A DNA stretch of 64,000 nt from a virus. Below are positions 9,483-18,706 of the stretch, piece after piece. The DNA lies in IMG/VR virus record IMGVR_UViG_3300028412_000004, positions 61,532 to 125,531 of that record. One strand, written 5' to 3'. Each line of letters opens with the position of its first letter. Positions within the stretch are counted from its first letter, which is position 1. The translations under genes were made by a program, and so were the position numbers. The notes below the pieces were generated by a model that searched no databases, was not told the origin of the DNA, and worked only from the letters and a program-made list of their open reading frames with translations.

Positions 9483-11969
9483 ATGAGTAGAACGTTCAAA
9501 AAAAAGACAGATCCAGAATCCGCGGAGACGCAGGGAGCTGAGATACGTGGGGAAGAAGCCTCTGAGCAGTTGAAGATGAACAGCCTGTACCGGGGTGTGG
9601 TGCAGGGTGTCGATCCTATCAACCTCAGCTACACCGTCAAGGTGGACGACAGAGACTCTGTTGTAGATAATTGTATGTGGGCGGCCGGCATCTTCTCGCA
9701 TATGTTTGGGATGCAGACTTCCTTTATCCCTACGGTAGGTACAGGCGTGATAATCCTCTACGGGGATGAGTCTATGATCATAGGAAGTTACCCGACAACC
9801 CCAGCGGACTTAAATTCCAGCAGCTTCAAAACACACACAGGTACCGGTAAGCTAAAGAAAGACATAAGTGCTTACACCAAGGATTTTGTGAATAAAGGGT
9901 CCCGCGCAGCGCCAGGGGCGACTATTCCCGGTGACATGCTAGAGGGCGAGTTTGATATAGGACATACCACAGGGTGTGGTATAGCCTTCCTGACCAACTT
10001 GGTTAAGATGCGGGCCAGCGACCGCGCTAAGGTTGAAACACATCTCCTGAACGACATGGTGCGTATTGTGAGCGAGACCTACAGGCACCACTCCAGTTTC
10101 GGAGACTTTGAGGTTTACAATGACGGGAGGCTTAATTGCCGCGTCAACGGTACAAGCTATGAACACGAAGCCTGGGGCAGGCTTGAGCCCTCTGATGCGA
10201 AGGTGAAGACAAAGCAAGAATACGCTGATTTGAAAGATATCGACCGTATTAAAGAAACGGGTAGGTGGCGGTTCAGCAACTACCTAGGCTTCTTGGGAGA
10301 CTTCTTACACCAGATCATTACAGACCCCACAGTAGTCATCGGAAAATACGCTACCGAAGCTGCGAGGTCAGGTAAGTCCCGCATGCAATTCATGAACGAC
10401 GGTTCTATACTAGCGCAGTCTGTTGGAGATATCGTCTTGGAAAGAGTTACTCGCATTGTCGCTCCAATTGAAAAGAATCGCAGCGACGACCCCGCAGGAA
10501 ACACCTACGAAGATTTCGAGAAGTTGGAGTCTAAATATCTAAAGATCTGGGAATACGGAGCAGATTTAGAAGACATGTCTAAGACCTGTTACCAGCTGCG
10601 GGAATACGCCAGATACCTTTCTGGATTCCATGCGTATGCCAGGTTCCTTCAACTTGACAAAGATTGGGACGTTCCCACAGAGGCCGAGTCCCCTATACCG
10701 GAGTGGTCTTCTAAGGAGAAAGACCGGGAAGCTGTGCACACGGGTCCTAACAACATTGATGTTTACTCAAGTATTCGAATCATGCGGGACGGCTCTCAAG
10801 TATTTATGGATGGTTACGGTTCCGCTGTGGTGATGTCGCGTGGTATTATACAGATATCAGCCTCCAAGCACATCGAACTGGAGGCGCCCGGTAATATCAA
10901 CATAAGAGCCGGCCAAGACGTCAATATCACTGCACGTAGGAATATCGACATCGTCTCAGTTGTAGGAGGTGTTATAATCAAATCTAGAACATGGCTTAAA
11001 GGACTTTGTGAGTGGGGCTCTATATGGCTTAAATCAGACGCTGACACAAAGACTGGTGCCACGCCGCCAGAACTAGGCGACGCAACTCAAGACCCTGCAC
11101 CAGAGATACTAACACACGGTATTGTGTTGGACGCTCCCAATAGTGGTATCCTTTGCGAGACAGACCACCAGGTCATGTTTAACCTCAGAGGTTATGAGGA
11201 GGCAGAGAAAGGTGCGTTCATCGTAAAGAATGCTGGGGGTGATGTTATGGTGGACGCGCGTAAGGATGTGGTTGTCAAAACACTGGGCGATATAAAAACA
11301 AAGTCTAATAATTTCAACGTGATCTCACGGAAAACTAATATTGGCGCGAACCAGTTCAACGTGGTCGGTAGGGAAGGTGTTCCTTTTCTCCATGTAAGGA
11401 GCGGACTTACGGAGATGCAACGCGTGCGTGCGGAGTCTGTAGATGCTACGCACTACCTATACGGACCCGAGTTTAAATACAATCACTACAGCTCCTTTGG
11501 TAATGCTTCGGAGAGTCCTGGAAACATGGTTTTCACCACACCAGGACAGGAAGTATTCGAGTCTGTGGATGTGGCGGATTTCGTAGCGTGGGAGGGCGAG
11601 GACGTTGATCTGGAGGTCCCAGAGCAAGAATCTGGTTGGAAGCTTCGCGAGGCCGCGGACTACCGATGGGACGTAGACTACGAATTCTTCGAGTCCCTCG
11701 CTCAGCAGACCATCAGACAGCTAAACCCAGCCGACGAGCATTACTTAGATCCGGATGCCTACGGGGACTGGAATGTAGGCGGCATGGTATTAAAAGCTGG
11801 ACTCAGAACGGAAATAAGCACTCCATGGCCCGGAGAATCAGCACAGCATTTCACACACACTGCCGGGGATGCTTTGTATAAGCCGCTGGAGAAGCATTAC
11901 AAAAACCTATCCAATAAACCAACGCCACTCCAACAACAATCCGCATCATGGAAATACCTAAAGAAGTAG
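9483..11969 (+). CDS. Baseplate central spike (gp5/gpV/VgrG-like)
   Basis: N-terminal OB-fold-like segment (GVVQGVDPINLSYTVKV...PTVGTGVIILY) and beta-helix repeats (IELEAPGNINIRAGQDVNITARRNIDIVS). Confidence 0.65.
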   Translation: MSRTFKKKTDPESAETQGAEIRGEEASEQLKMNSLYRGVVQGVDPINLSYTVKVDDRDSVVDNCMWAAGIFSHMFGMQTSFIPTVGTGVIILYGDESMIIGSYPTTPADLNSSSFKTHTGTGKLKKDISAYTKDFVNKGSRAAPGATIPGDMLEGEFDIGHTTGCGIAFLTNLVKMRASDRAKVETHLLNDMVRIVSETYRHHSSFGDFEVYNDGRLNCRVNGTSYEHEAWGRLEPSDAKVKTKQEYADLKDIDRIKETGRWRFSNYLGFLGDFLHQIITDPTVVIGKYATEAARSGKSRMQFMNDGSILAQSVGDIVLERVTRIVAPIEKNRSDDPAGNTYEDFEKLESKYLKIWEYGADLEDMSKTCYQLREYARYLSGFHAYARFLQLDKDWDVPTEAESPIPEWSSKEKDREAVHTGPNNIDVYSSIRIMRDGSQVFMDGYGSAVVMSRGIIQISASKHIELEAPGNINIRAGQDVNITARRNIDIVSVVGGVIIKSRTWLKGLCEWGSIWLKSDADTKTGATPPELGDATQDPAPEILTHGIVLDAPNSGILCETDHQVMFNLRGYEEAEKGAFIVKNAGGDVMVDARKDVVVKTLGDIKTKSNNFNVISRKTNIGANQFNVVGREGVPFLHVRSGLTEMQRVRAESVDATHYLYGPEFKYNHYSSFGNASESPGNMVFTTPGQEVFESVDVADFVAWEGEDVDLEVPEQESGWKLREAADYRWDVDYEFFESLAQQTIRQLNPADEHYLDPDAYGDWNVGGMVLKAGLRTEISTPWPGESAQHFTHTAGDALYKPLEKHYKNLSNKPTPLQQQSASWKYLKK

Positions 11970-12670
11970 CACCACAACCCAGCCCAGACCCTGAGGCTGT
12001 TAAACAGTTCATTAAGGACAACTCCAATAAAAAGGAGGCCCGCGAAGTGAAGCTGGATCTAGATCCTGCAGATTTAGCTCCTGCGAGTAAACACACGCCT
12101 AAGAAACAGGTGGACACTCCACTAGACCCGACTTTCACCAGCGACACTCCGAATGCGAACTCCCAAGACCCTTGGGTATTCACCTCCCCGGACGAGGCTT
12201 CTGTGAGTGTGGAGCAGGAAGAGAAGGACATATTCTTTAAAGCTGTACTTAACGACGATCCTGTAGTTATGGATATTAAGGTTTCTTTAGGGCCGAATCC
12301 TATACCCGTACGCTGCAGATCACTCAGTAACTTTGAGATAGACGTGATCTACGCTGCGATCGACAAGGATCGTTCAGCGGGTAATATAGTTAGCACTGCG
12401 CAGTTTATGACTATGCTGCAGCGCTACTCTATCATGTTACAGGTGTCTTCTTTTAACACGAAGTCTTTGAATGCAGTTTCAGTCACAGGTCTCGAAATCC
12501 CTGAAGCTGTAGAGGAGTTGCAAAGTAAGTATAATGCTTTAGTGCAGGGGGTCGATCAAGCGCGCTGGCAAGTCATACTGACAGCCCTGCGGCTTTTTTC
12601 CATCAAGCTTAAGATCTGCAACGATAATATCCTTAATGAAAATTTTTGGTGTCCCGCAGATACCGATTAA
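11948..12670 (+). CDS. Tail assembly chaperone (gpG-like)
   Basis: First of two overlapping ORFs immediately upstream of the tape measure gene. Confidence 0.6.
   Translation: MEIPKEVAPQPSPDPEAVKQFIKDNSNKKEAREVKLDLDPADLAPASKHTPKKQVDTPLDPTFTSDTPNANSQDPWVFTSPDEASVSVEQEEKDIFFKAVLNDDPVVMDIKVSLGPNPIPVRCRSLSNFEIDVIYAAIDKDRSAGNIVSTAQFMTMLQRYSIMLQVSSFNTKSLNAVSVTGLEIPEAVEELQSKYNALVQGVDQARWQVILTALRLFSIKLKICNDNILNENFWCPADTD
12640..12646 (+). promoter_or_regulatory. Candidate -1 programmed frameshift heptamer A-AAT-TTT
   Basis: X-XXY-YYZ heptamer in the chaperone reading phase. The -1 frame opens exactly here (TGA at 12637-12639) and runs to 13002. Confidence 0.5.
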
Positions 12671-13002
12671 TGCTTCTGGCATATCTGCGGGGCTTATTAC
12701 GCCCAGACTATAAACAAGGCATGCGGTCTAAGGTTAGGGAGGAAGTAATCCTCGCAGCCTTAGATAAAGAACAGCGCGCTAAATACAGCGCGGACCTTAT
12801 AGCGTTGGAAGGCTCAATTTTGTCCAGTCTAAAGCCTGAGGCTACGCGCACGCATTACAGAAAATTGAATGAAGCGGTCTTACAAGTCGCGAACTTGAGA
12901 GAGTTCCTAGAGGCTGAAAACGATAATGTGAGCAACCTTAGCAGCATTGACGCTTCAGTAAAACTATACCATGCTTTAGAAAAAGCAGGAATTTTAAGCT
13001 GA
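12670..13002 (+). CDS. Tail assembly chaperone C-terminal part (gpT-like)
   Basis: Lies in the -1 frame of the upstream chaperone. It could also initiate at the ATG in the TAATG overlap (12670). Confidence 0.55.
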   Translation: MLLAYLRGLLRPDYKQGMRSKVREEVILAALDKEQRAKYSADLIALEGSILSSLKPEATRTHYRKLNEAVLQVANLREFLEAENDNVSNLSSIDASVKLYHALEKAGILS

Positions 13003-13003
13003 T

Positions 13004-16000
13004 ATGGCCGCACCAACACAGGAAAATTTTAAATACGCGCAAGACGCCAACGGGCCTCAAGCGGGTGGGTATAACCCTACCCAGGTTGAGATGCTCCATC
13101 AGGCTCTGCAAGACAACATAAACCGCGACAAGCGTAACTTCTGGTTACAACAAGACCAGCGCTCGCAGTTCCTCTCAGCTATGGTGCTTAAGAACACCCA
13201 CGGAGATACTGCCGCAGAAGCTTTTAACAGCGGAGAGGGTAGAGCTCTTCGCACCACGATAGGCATGGTTATGAATAGCCCTATGCTTGCCGGGTTCAAT
13301 GGAGGTAACATGCTGGACCTCTACAACGGGGTGAATACCGGTATGCTTAACTCGGGAATGTCCTTCGCCTCGATCGACGGCGCCGGCGCCTACTCCTACG
13401 GAGGTACTGGCTACATGCAGGACACAGTCGCTAAAAAAATTACACAGGAAATGCAACGTGAGTTTTTTACAGCTACTGGAGGCAGCCGCCTGGGGCGCAC
13501 CTCAGGCATGGACCGTACAGAGTTAGGGCAGATTTCAGCTTACATAGGTATGCGCGGAGGCTTCAGCGGCCTGGATAGTGTCGGAGATGTGCGAAACTTT
13601 TCTAACAGGAAAGAGATAGAGGCCGAGATGAAAAGCTTAAAAGAATCCGGCGGAGCGGACTCAACCTACATGAAAGAGTTGGAGAGCTTAGCCGGCTTAG
13701 AGCAAGACTTAGGCGGTACAGCATTCAAGCTCAACGACGCAGTTGTTAAAAAGTTTACCGCTAAAATTAGGGAAGGCACTAAAGCTTTGAGTGCTGTAAA
13801 GGACATCCTCGGAGAACGTGGTATCGGTGAGTTGGCCGACGTTGCGGAGAGTCTCACAGGCCTTAGCATCACCAACGTAGAGAATTCCAGAACCATCACA
13901 GAACGATTCCGGCGTATAAAACAGTTTTCTCAGGCTAATGGATTAAATGCCGAAGCCGTGGTGGGTCGGCAAATACAGGTTGGTGTAGGGCTCCAACAGC
14001 TAGGGCTTTCACAGCAAGCTTCGAGAGTCCTTAGCGAAGACGTAGACACAAATTCTCAGGCGGCGTTCAATGCCAACAGAGCTGCTAGAAACAACTTAAT
14101 CGGTCAAGGCCTTTACGTCCCGGAAACCACGCTAGCTGAAACAACTGCCATCAACCAGATGGATGTAGGTGCCATGCTTAAATCGGAGCCGCGTCTGGCG
14201 GCTTTGGCTTATAATATTGAAAACAACGCATTGATGTCCGCGGAGCAAAAGACCAATGCTTACGGAAACTTAGCAAATATAAGCAGCCGGATATCTCCAG
14301 ATCTTTCTGGCGCTTCGCAGAAAGAAGCTCTTACGAAAGAAATCAAGGCTATGGACGAGGCTAACGTCGCAGCAGGTGCTACATCTATAATGGACGCCTT
14401 TGCATCAGCAGGCGGCGATCCTTCGGCAGTTATACGCCGGGTGCAGGGGAGAGAATCGGCCAGCGCTATGGGGGCCGCAGCCTATGGGATCTCGCAGCGA
14501 AGGTTATTAGGCAACAACTTAGATGAAGCTTTACGTAACCGCGCTGTAGGTACACGTCTTCAGAAAGCGGGTATTCTGGACGAAGAGGCGCCCGCATCGG
14601 AGCTGTATCAGACACTTGCGGATTTCAGGACAGACACGCCGAGTGACGTCAGGCAGACCCCGATTAACCGCATGATGCGCGCATTACGTGGAGATTCTCC
14701 TGAGGCTGCTCTCAACAAAGTTATCAACGAATCGGACGTTAGCGCTGCGAGTAAGGTAGGGCTTAAAGAATATCTGAGTAGTGTTGAGGGTGTGAGTATG
14801 GGTGAGAATGGTGACCTCGTCCTCTCTGGAGACGGTCCTGCAAACACATTGAAGGCTATCGAGGATGGTCTAGGGGAAAGGGGCATAGGCAGCAGCGTAG
14901 AATCCACCGAGAGGTTGGCCAAGTCTATGATGCAATTCGACTCGGCAACTTCCGTCAACCGCATGATGCGCGCATTACGTGGAGATTCTCCTGAGGCTGC
15001 TCTCAACAAAGTTATCAACGAAGCAGACGTCAGTGATGCTACTAAAGCAAGGTTCAAAGAATCTCTGCATAGTGTTGTTGGTGTGAGTATGGGCGCGGAC
15101 GGTGACCTGTCTGTAGTCGGCGAAGGTGCTAAAAACGCGTTGTATGCTATCAACGAGATCGCAATGACACGCGAGGGTAACCCCATGCTTAATAATTTCT
15201 TAGGTGAGGAGACTAAGAACAAAAACGCACGCGCGCTCATATACAATTCTCTGAAATCTGGGTCAAGTAATTATGGGAAGACGGGCTTCCTGGAAGCTAT
15301 ATCAGAGGGTTTGTTAAAGGGTACGGACATTACCGCAGGGATGGCTATGGAGCATGCTGTGTTAACAGGTAAAGCCGACAGCTTTGTAAATATAGGAAAC
15401 ACCGGGGAAGATGGTTTATTCACCGACCTTGATGAGTCTCAAATGGACAGACTGGCCAAGATGTCTGGCATGGGTCTGAGTGATTTCAAGGAGAAGATAA
15501 AAACAGACCCAGGGCAGGCCGAGGTTATAACTAGCATGGAAAGTCGAGGGTCTCACCTTGTAGCGGATAAGTTGGGCGATGTTTACGCCGCAGCCTATGG
15601 GGATGAGACGCTCGCCGAGAGTGATCAGGCTCTACGCTCCGCAGCAAAGCTTAAGTCCTATCAGGAGGTTTCCGGAAAAGATACCGCCTACGATTGGGAG
15701 GGTGACGACCTGTCGGAGAAAGGGATGGCACAGCACGGGGCTGATATGAAGGCCAAAGCAGAAAATTTTGCTGAGCGTAGTGAAGATCTCGTTAAAGGGT
15801 CCTATAAAGCTTTGATTGATGGGAACGACGGGTGGGGCTGGTCCAAGGGTAACGCGAGAGATCTTAAAGAGCTTCAGAGCCTGTCTCCCGACACACGGAA
15901 CAGTATGATAGATCTACGCATGGACGTAGCCCGCGAAAAAGGAGATGACGAGCGTGTGGCAGATCTGCAAAAACTAAAACAACAGATGTCTACGGACGGT

Positions 16001-16063
16001 AACGAAGTCTCGCTTTTAACGCAGATACGTGATGTATTGCAACGCATGGAGAATGACAACTAA
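13004..16063 (+). CDS. Tape measure protein
   Basis: 1019 aa, Ala/Gly/Ser-rich and helical with an internal repeat; follows the chaperone pair. Confidence 0.7.
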   Translation: MAAPTQENFKYAQDANGPQAGGYNPTQVEMLHQALQDNINRDKRNFWLQQDQRSQFLSAMVLKNTHGDTAAEAFNSGEGRALRTTIGMVMNSPMLAGFNGGNMLDLYNGVNTGMLNSGMSFASIDGAGAYSYGGTGYMQDTVAKKITQEMQREFFTATGGSRLGRTSGMDRTELGQISAYIGMRGGFSGLDSVGDVRNFSNRKEIEAEMKSLKESGGADSTYMKELESLAGLEQDLGGTAFKLNDAVVKKFTAKIREGTKALSAVKDILGERGIGELADVAESLTGLSITNVENSRTITERFRRIKQFSQANGLNAEAVVGRQIQVGVGLQQLGLSQQASRVLSEDVDTNSQAAFNANRAARNNLIGQGLYVPETTLAETTAINQMDVGAMLKSEPRLAALAYNIENNALMSAEQKTNAYGNLANISSRISPDLSGASQKEALTKEIKAMDEANVAAGATSIMDAFASAGGDPSAVIRRVQGRESASAMGAAAYGISQRRLLGNNLDEALRNRAVGTRLQKAGILDEEAPASELYQTLADFRTDTPSDVRQTPINRMMRALRGDSPEAALNKVINESDVSAASKVGLKEYLSSVEGVSMGENGDLVLSGDGPANTLKAIEDGLGERGIGSSVESTERLAKSMMQFDSATSVNRMMRALRGDSPEAALNKVINEADVSDATKARFKESLHSVVGVSMGADGDLSVVGEGAKNALYAINEIAMTREGNPMLNNFLGEETKNKNARALIYNSLKSGSSNYGKTGFLEAISEGLLKGTDITAGMAMEHAVLTGKADSFVNIGNTGEDGLFTDLDESQMDRLAKMSGMGLSDFKEKIKTDPGQAEVITSMESRGSHLVADKLGDVYAAAYGDETLAESDQALRSAAKLKSYQEVSGKDTAYDWEGDDLSEKGMAQHGADMKAKAENFAERSEDLVKGSYKALIDGNDGWGWSKGNARDLKELQSLSPDTRNSMIDLRMDVAREKGDDERVADLQKLKQQMSTDGNEVSLLTQIRDVLQRMENDN
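14666..15022 (+). repeat. Internal duplication in the tape measure gene: identical 66-nt blocks 291 nt apart
   Basis: AACCGCATGATG...ATCAACGAA at 14666-14731 and 14957-15022 (NRMMRALRGDSPEAALNKVINE); the following sequence is homologous but diverged. Confidence 0.95.
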
Positions 16064-16065
16064 TT

Positions 16066-16512
16066 ATGAGCGACACACTATGGCCATCCCGCGGGTGCGT
16101 TTACAAAGTTGGAGAAGGTTCCAGCGGTCTGTATAAGTTGGGGTCGCTTGGCACCTCGCAAACTAAAAACCCCATACTGTTGCGCGCCGTTAATTTATCG
16201 GACTCAGACGTTATAGGACCAGTGACTACTATAAACGCAGATTTTAAAGTTCTCTACGTATTCGGAGAGGCTTTCGGTAACGCCAGTATACAGGGTGAGG
16301 TACTGCTTGGTAAAACAGACGCATCCGAAGACAGGCTCGCAGAGTTAATCGGATGGTTTAATAAAAACCGTGTGAGCGTGCTGAAAAGGCCTGTATCATT
16401 ATCTGTGAAAAACGAAGGTTACTCCTTATACGTCCACGGACTTGTAATAGGAGACACAGACCCGGAGCTGAATATACAGCGTTTCGCTATTAACGGATTA
16501 GTAACAAGGTGA
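16066..16512 (+). CDS. Baseplate / tail-tube initiator-like protein
   Basis: 148-aa beta-rich ORF directly after the tape measure gene. Confidence 0.45.
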   Translation: MSDTLWPSRGCVYKVGEGSSGLYKLGSLGTSQTKNPILLRAVNLSDSDVIGPVTTINADFKVLYVFGEAFGNASIQGEVLLGKTDASEDRLAELIGWFNKNRVSVLKRPVSLSVKNEGYSLYVHGLVIGDTDPELNIQRFAINGLVTR

Positions 16513-16516
16513 CATT

Positions 16517-17239
16517 ATGTTAAACGAAATAGTTCATAGACTCACTAACAAGGCATCAGCCTTCGTAGCAGGATTTCCAAAACAGTCTCTATTCCGACCC
16601 AGCATTGCTGATGAGTTTGAGACGGACATCAGAGACGCGTTGCGCGTAAACGACGATGACTACTACCTGCGCAGCTATATACAACTCCTGCACGCTTACC
16701 CAGATCTCTTAACAGCCCTGGGGGAGCGTCAAAGAACCTTCGATCCTGGGAGAGGTGCGTCGGCAGAAGGATCGATCAGCGGGGCTACACTGGTTGCTCA
16801 AGGTGATACAGAGCCTAAACTTTACAGAAAGTATAGCGAGTGGCCTGTAGTATTTTCGATAACTTACAGCTACCTAAGCGCCGAATTACTGCAAACAGAT
16901 TACTACGACGCGAAGGTGCCTTATACGATTGATGCTGGTGGTAACCTGGAGGTGCAGTGGCCCACCTGGAGCGGAGTCCGGGGCGGTGTTGTTGCTATGA
17001 CAGTTGGGCCTGGTATAAATCCTGGAGCGTCTTTCACCATTACACAGAACCCTGCTGAGTTCCCTAGCGAAAAACTGGTGTCCGAGCTGCTTCTGAAAAG
17101 AAACCTTGTAGTAGTTCTACGTAAGGCAGGGCTGCTGAACCACTTCCACCTTGCAGAGACTGATGATGAGCGTATAGCTGTCGTAGTGACCGCCCTATGT
17201 ATCTACAATAAATTAGAATACAGGTCTTTAACAACTTAG
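16517..17239 (+). CDS. Hypothetical baseplate-region protein
   Basis: Tightly packed ORF in the baseplate block. Confidence 0.5.
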   Translation: MLNEIVHRLTNKASAFVAGFPKQSLFRPSIADEFETDIRDALRVNDDDYYLRSYIQLLHAYPDLLTALGERQRTFDPGRGASAEGSISGATLVAQGDTEPKLYRKYSEWPVVFSITYSYLSAELLQTDYYDAKVPYTIDAGGNLEVQWPTWSGVRGGVVAMTVGPGINPGASFTITQNPAEFPSEKLVSELLLKRNLVVVLRKAGLLNHFHLAETDDERIAVVVTALCIYNKLEYRSLTT

Positions 17240-17249
17240 AATCTAAGCA

Positions 17250-18701
17250 ATGCCATACGTAGATGTCAGAAGACCAAATGCAGAGGTAAAGCTTCCAAGC
17301 GGTAAGGAGTTTGTCCCAGACAGTGTACGCATTGTGTATGCTGTCGACAGCTTCCCATACGCCACCGTGTCTATGCACGAGAAGCGGGGAGGGACCACTA
17401 GGGTTGACGATGTAAAATCGTCGGAGGCTGCTGGACCAGCGGGAGAATTGCAGAAAGTAATGTTTCAAGCTCGTTTTACGCCTGACGCCTCTTTGAGGCT
17501 CTTCGACGGGCACAGCGAGCTTGAGTTCGCAGGCTATGTGTCAGACCCTAGAGCAAACATGTCTCCCGGTAGTGTAGGTAATACGGTAACCATCGGGCAT
17601 GAGTCCTCGCTGATTAATGCGTTACGTTTGAGCTCCCTCCCAGAGATAAAGGGAGACTACCGCCTTAAGTTAGAAAGTGTTACGGGGGATCTCGCAGAAC
17701 GGTTCACCAAAGTAACAGATACCATCGTATCAAATTATGAGAGTGATCCAACCCAGTATTTAATAGAGCAATCCGGCGATAGTGGTGTTCTGTCTCAAAT
17801 ACACGAAACCAATAAGAAAATACTCCCGTTGTGGAAGACGCTACTAAAGAACAGTGTAGGGGGTGTAGGTTGGCCTGAGATCACAACACCCCCCACAACC
17901 GGTACGCAGTTGTCGCAGTTCAATCTAGGAGTTAACGATGCTATACGAAACACACTTAAACAAGGGACAGGTGGTTTTATGGGTACTATCCGAAGTCTCA
18001 CATCCGAGTTTCAACTAGCATTCGTACCTAGTAAATACGTGGGCTCTCTAGGAAAATTTATCAACTGGACGTCGATACTCGCAGAAGAATCTAATTTAGG
18101 ACCTTTAGATTTTACTCATGGTGAGTTCTCAGGAGGGTCACCCAGAATACTGCCAGTCTCTAATGTTATAGTATCCTTGACCGCAAATAGCTTCTACCGG
18201 GATTCGGTTGTGCCTTCTGTAGGCAAGGTTGCTAGTGTTAAAAACATAGCTATGTGGCCGGAAAAATTTCAGGGTGGTAACATCATTCCACTATCCGCCC
18301 CCAGGTGGTTTCCAACCATGCTAGACGTATCTAAGAACGACTTTCAGGAGCAGCCCAACCAAACTCTAGCGAACTACGAATCAAAGTTTAAAAAGGCGGT
18401 CGAACTTCGTAGCAAAATAGAGGATGAAGTTTATAGGGTTTTACTGCTGCGCTACGCCCGTAATTACTACAATTATGCTTCTCTGAGGGAATCGACTGCG
18501 AGTGTTACAATACCTATGGATCTCTCGATCGAGGTGGGTAAAAGATACGAGCTGAAGACCCAAGAAGGTGTCATAGGCAGCGGGTTCCTGCAAAGAGTCA
18601 CACACAACATGCATACTGGCGGTAATAACTCCAGCGCTGCTACAACTAGCTTGCTCTTCAGCCACGTAGAGTTTACTGGTTTTGAACTACCCGACAAATA
18701 A
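17250..18701 (+). CDS. Baseplate hub protein (gp27 / late control D-like)
   Basis: 483 aa ending in a hub-type beta-barrel (ASVTIPMDLSIEVGKRY...GFLQRVTHNM). Confidence 0.55.
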   Translation: MPYVDVRRPNAEVKLPSGKEFVPDSVRIVYAVDSFPYATVSMHEKRGGTTRVDDVKSSEAAGPAGELQKVMFQARFTPDASLRLFDGHSELEFAGYVSDPRANMSPGSVGNTVTIGHESSLINALRLSSLPEIKGDYRLKLESVTGDLAERFTKVTDTIVSNYESDPTQYLIEQSGDSGVLSQIHETNKKILPLWKTLLKNSVGGVGWPEITTPPTTGTQLSQFNLGVNDAIRNTLKQGTGGFMGTIRSLTSEFQLAFVPSKYVGSLGKFINWTSILAEESNLGPLDFTHGEFSGGSPRILPVSNVIVSLTANSFYRDSVVPSVGKVASVKNIAMWPEKFQGGNIIPLSAPRWFPTMLDVSKNDFQEQPNQTLANYESKFKKAVELRSKIEDEVYRVLLLRYARNYYNYASLRESTASVTIPMDLSIEVGKRYELKTQEGVIGSGFLQRVTHNMHTGGNNSSAATTSLLFSHVEFTGFELPDK

Positions 18702-18706
18702 ACTGT

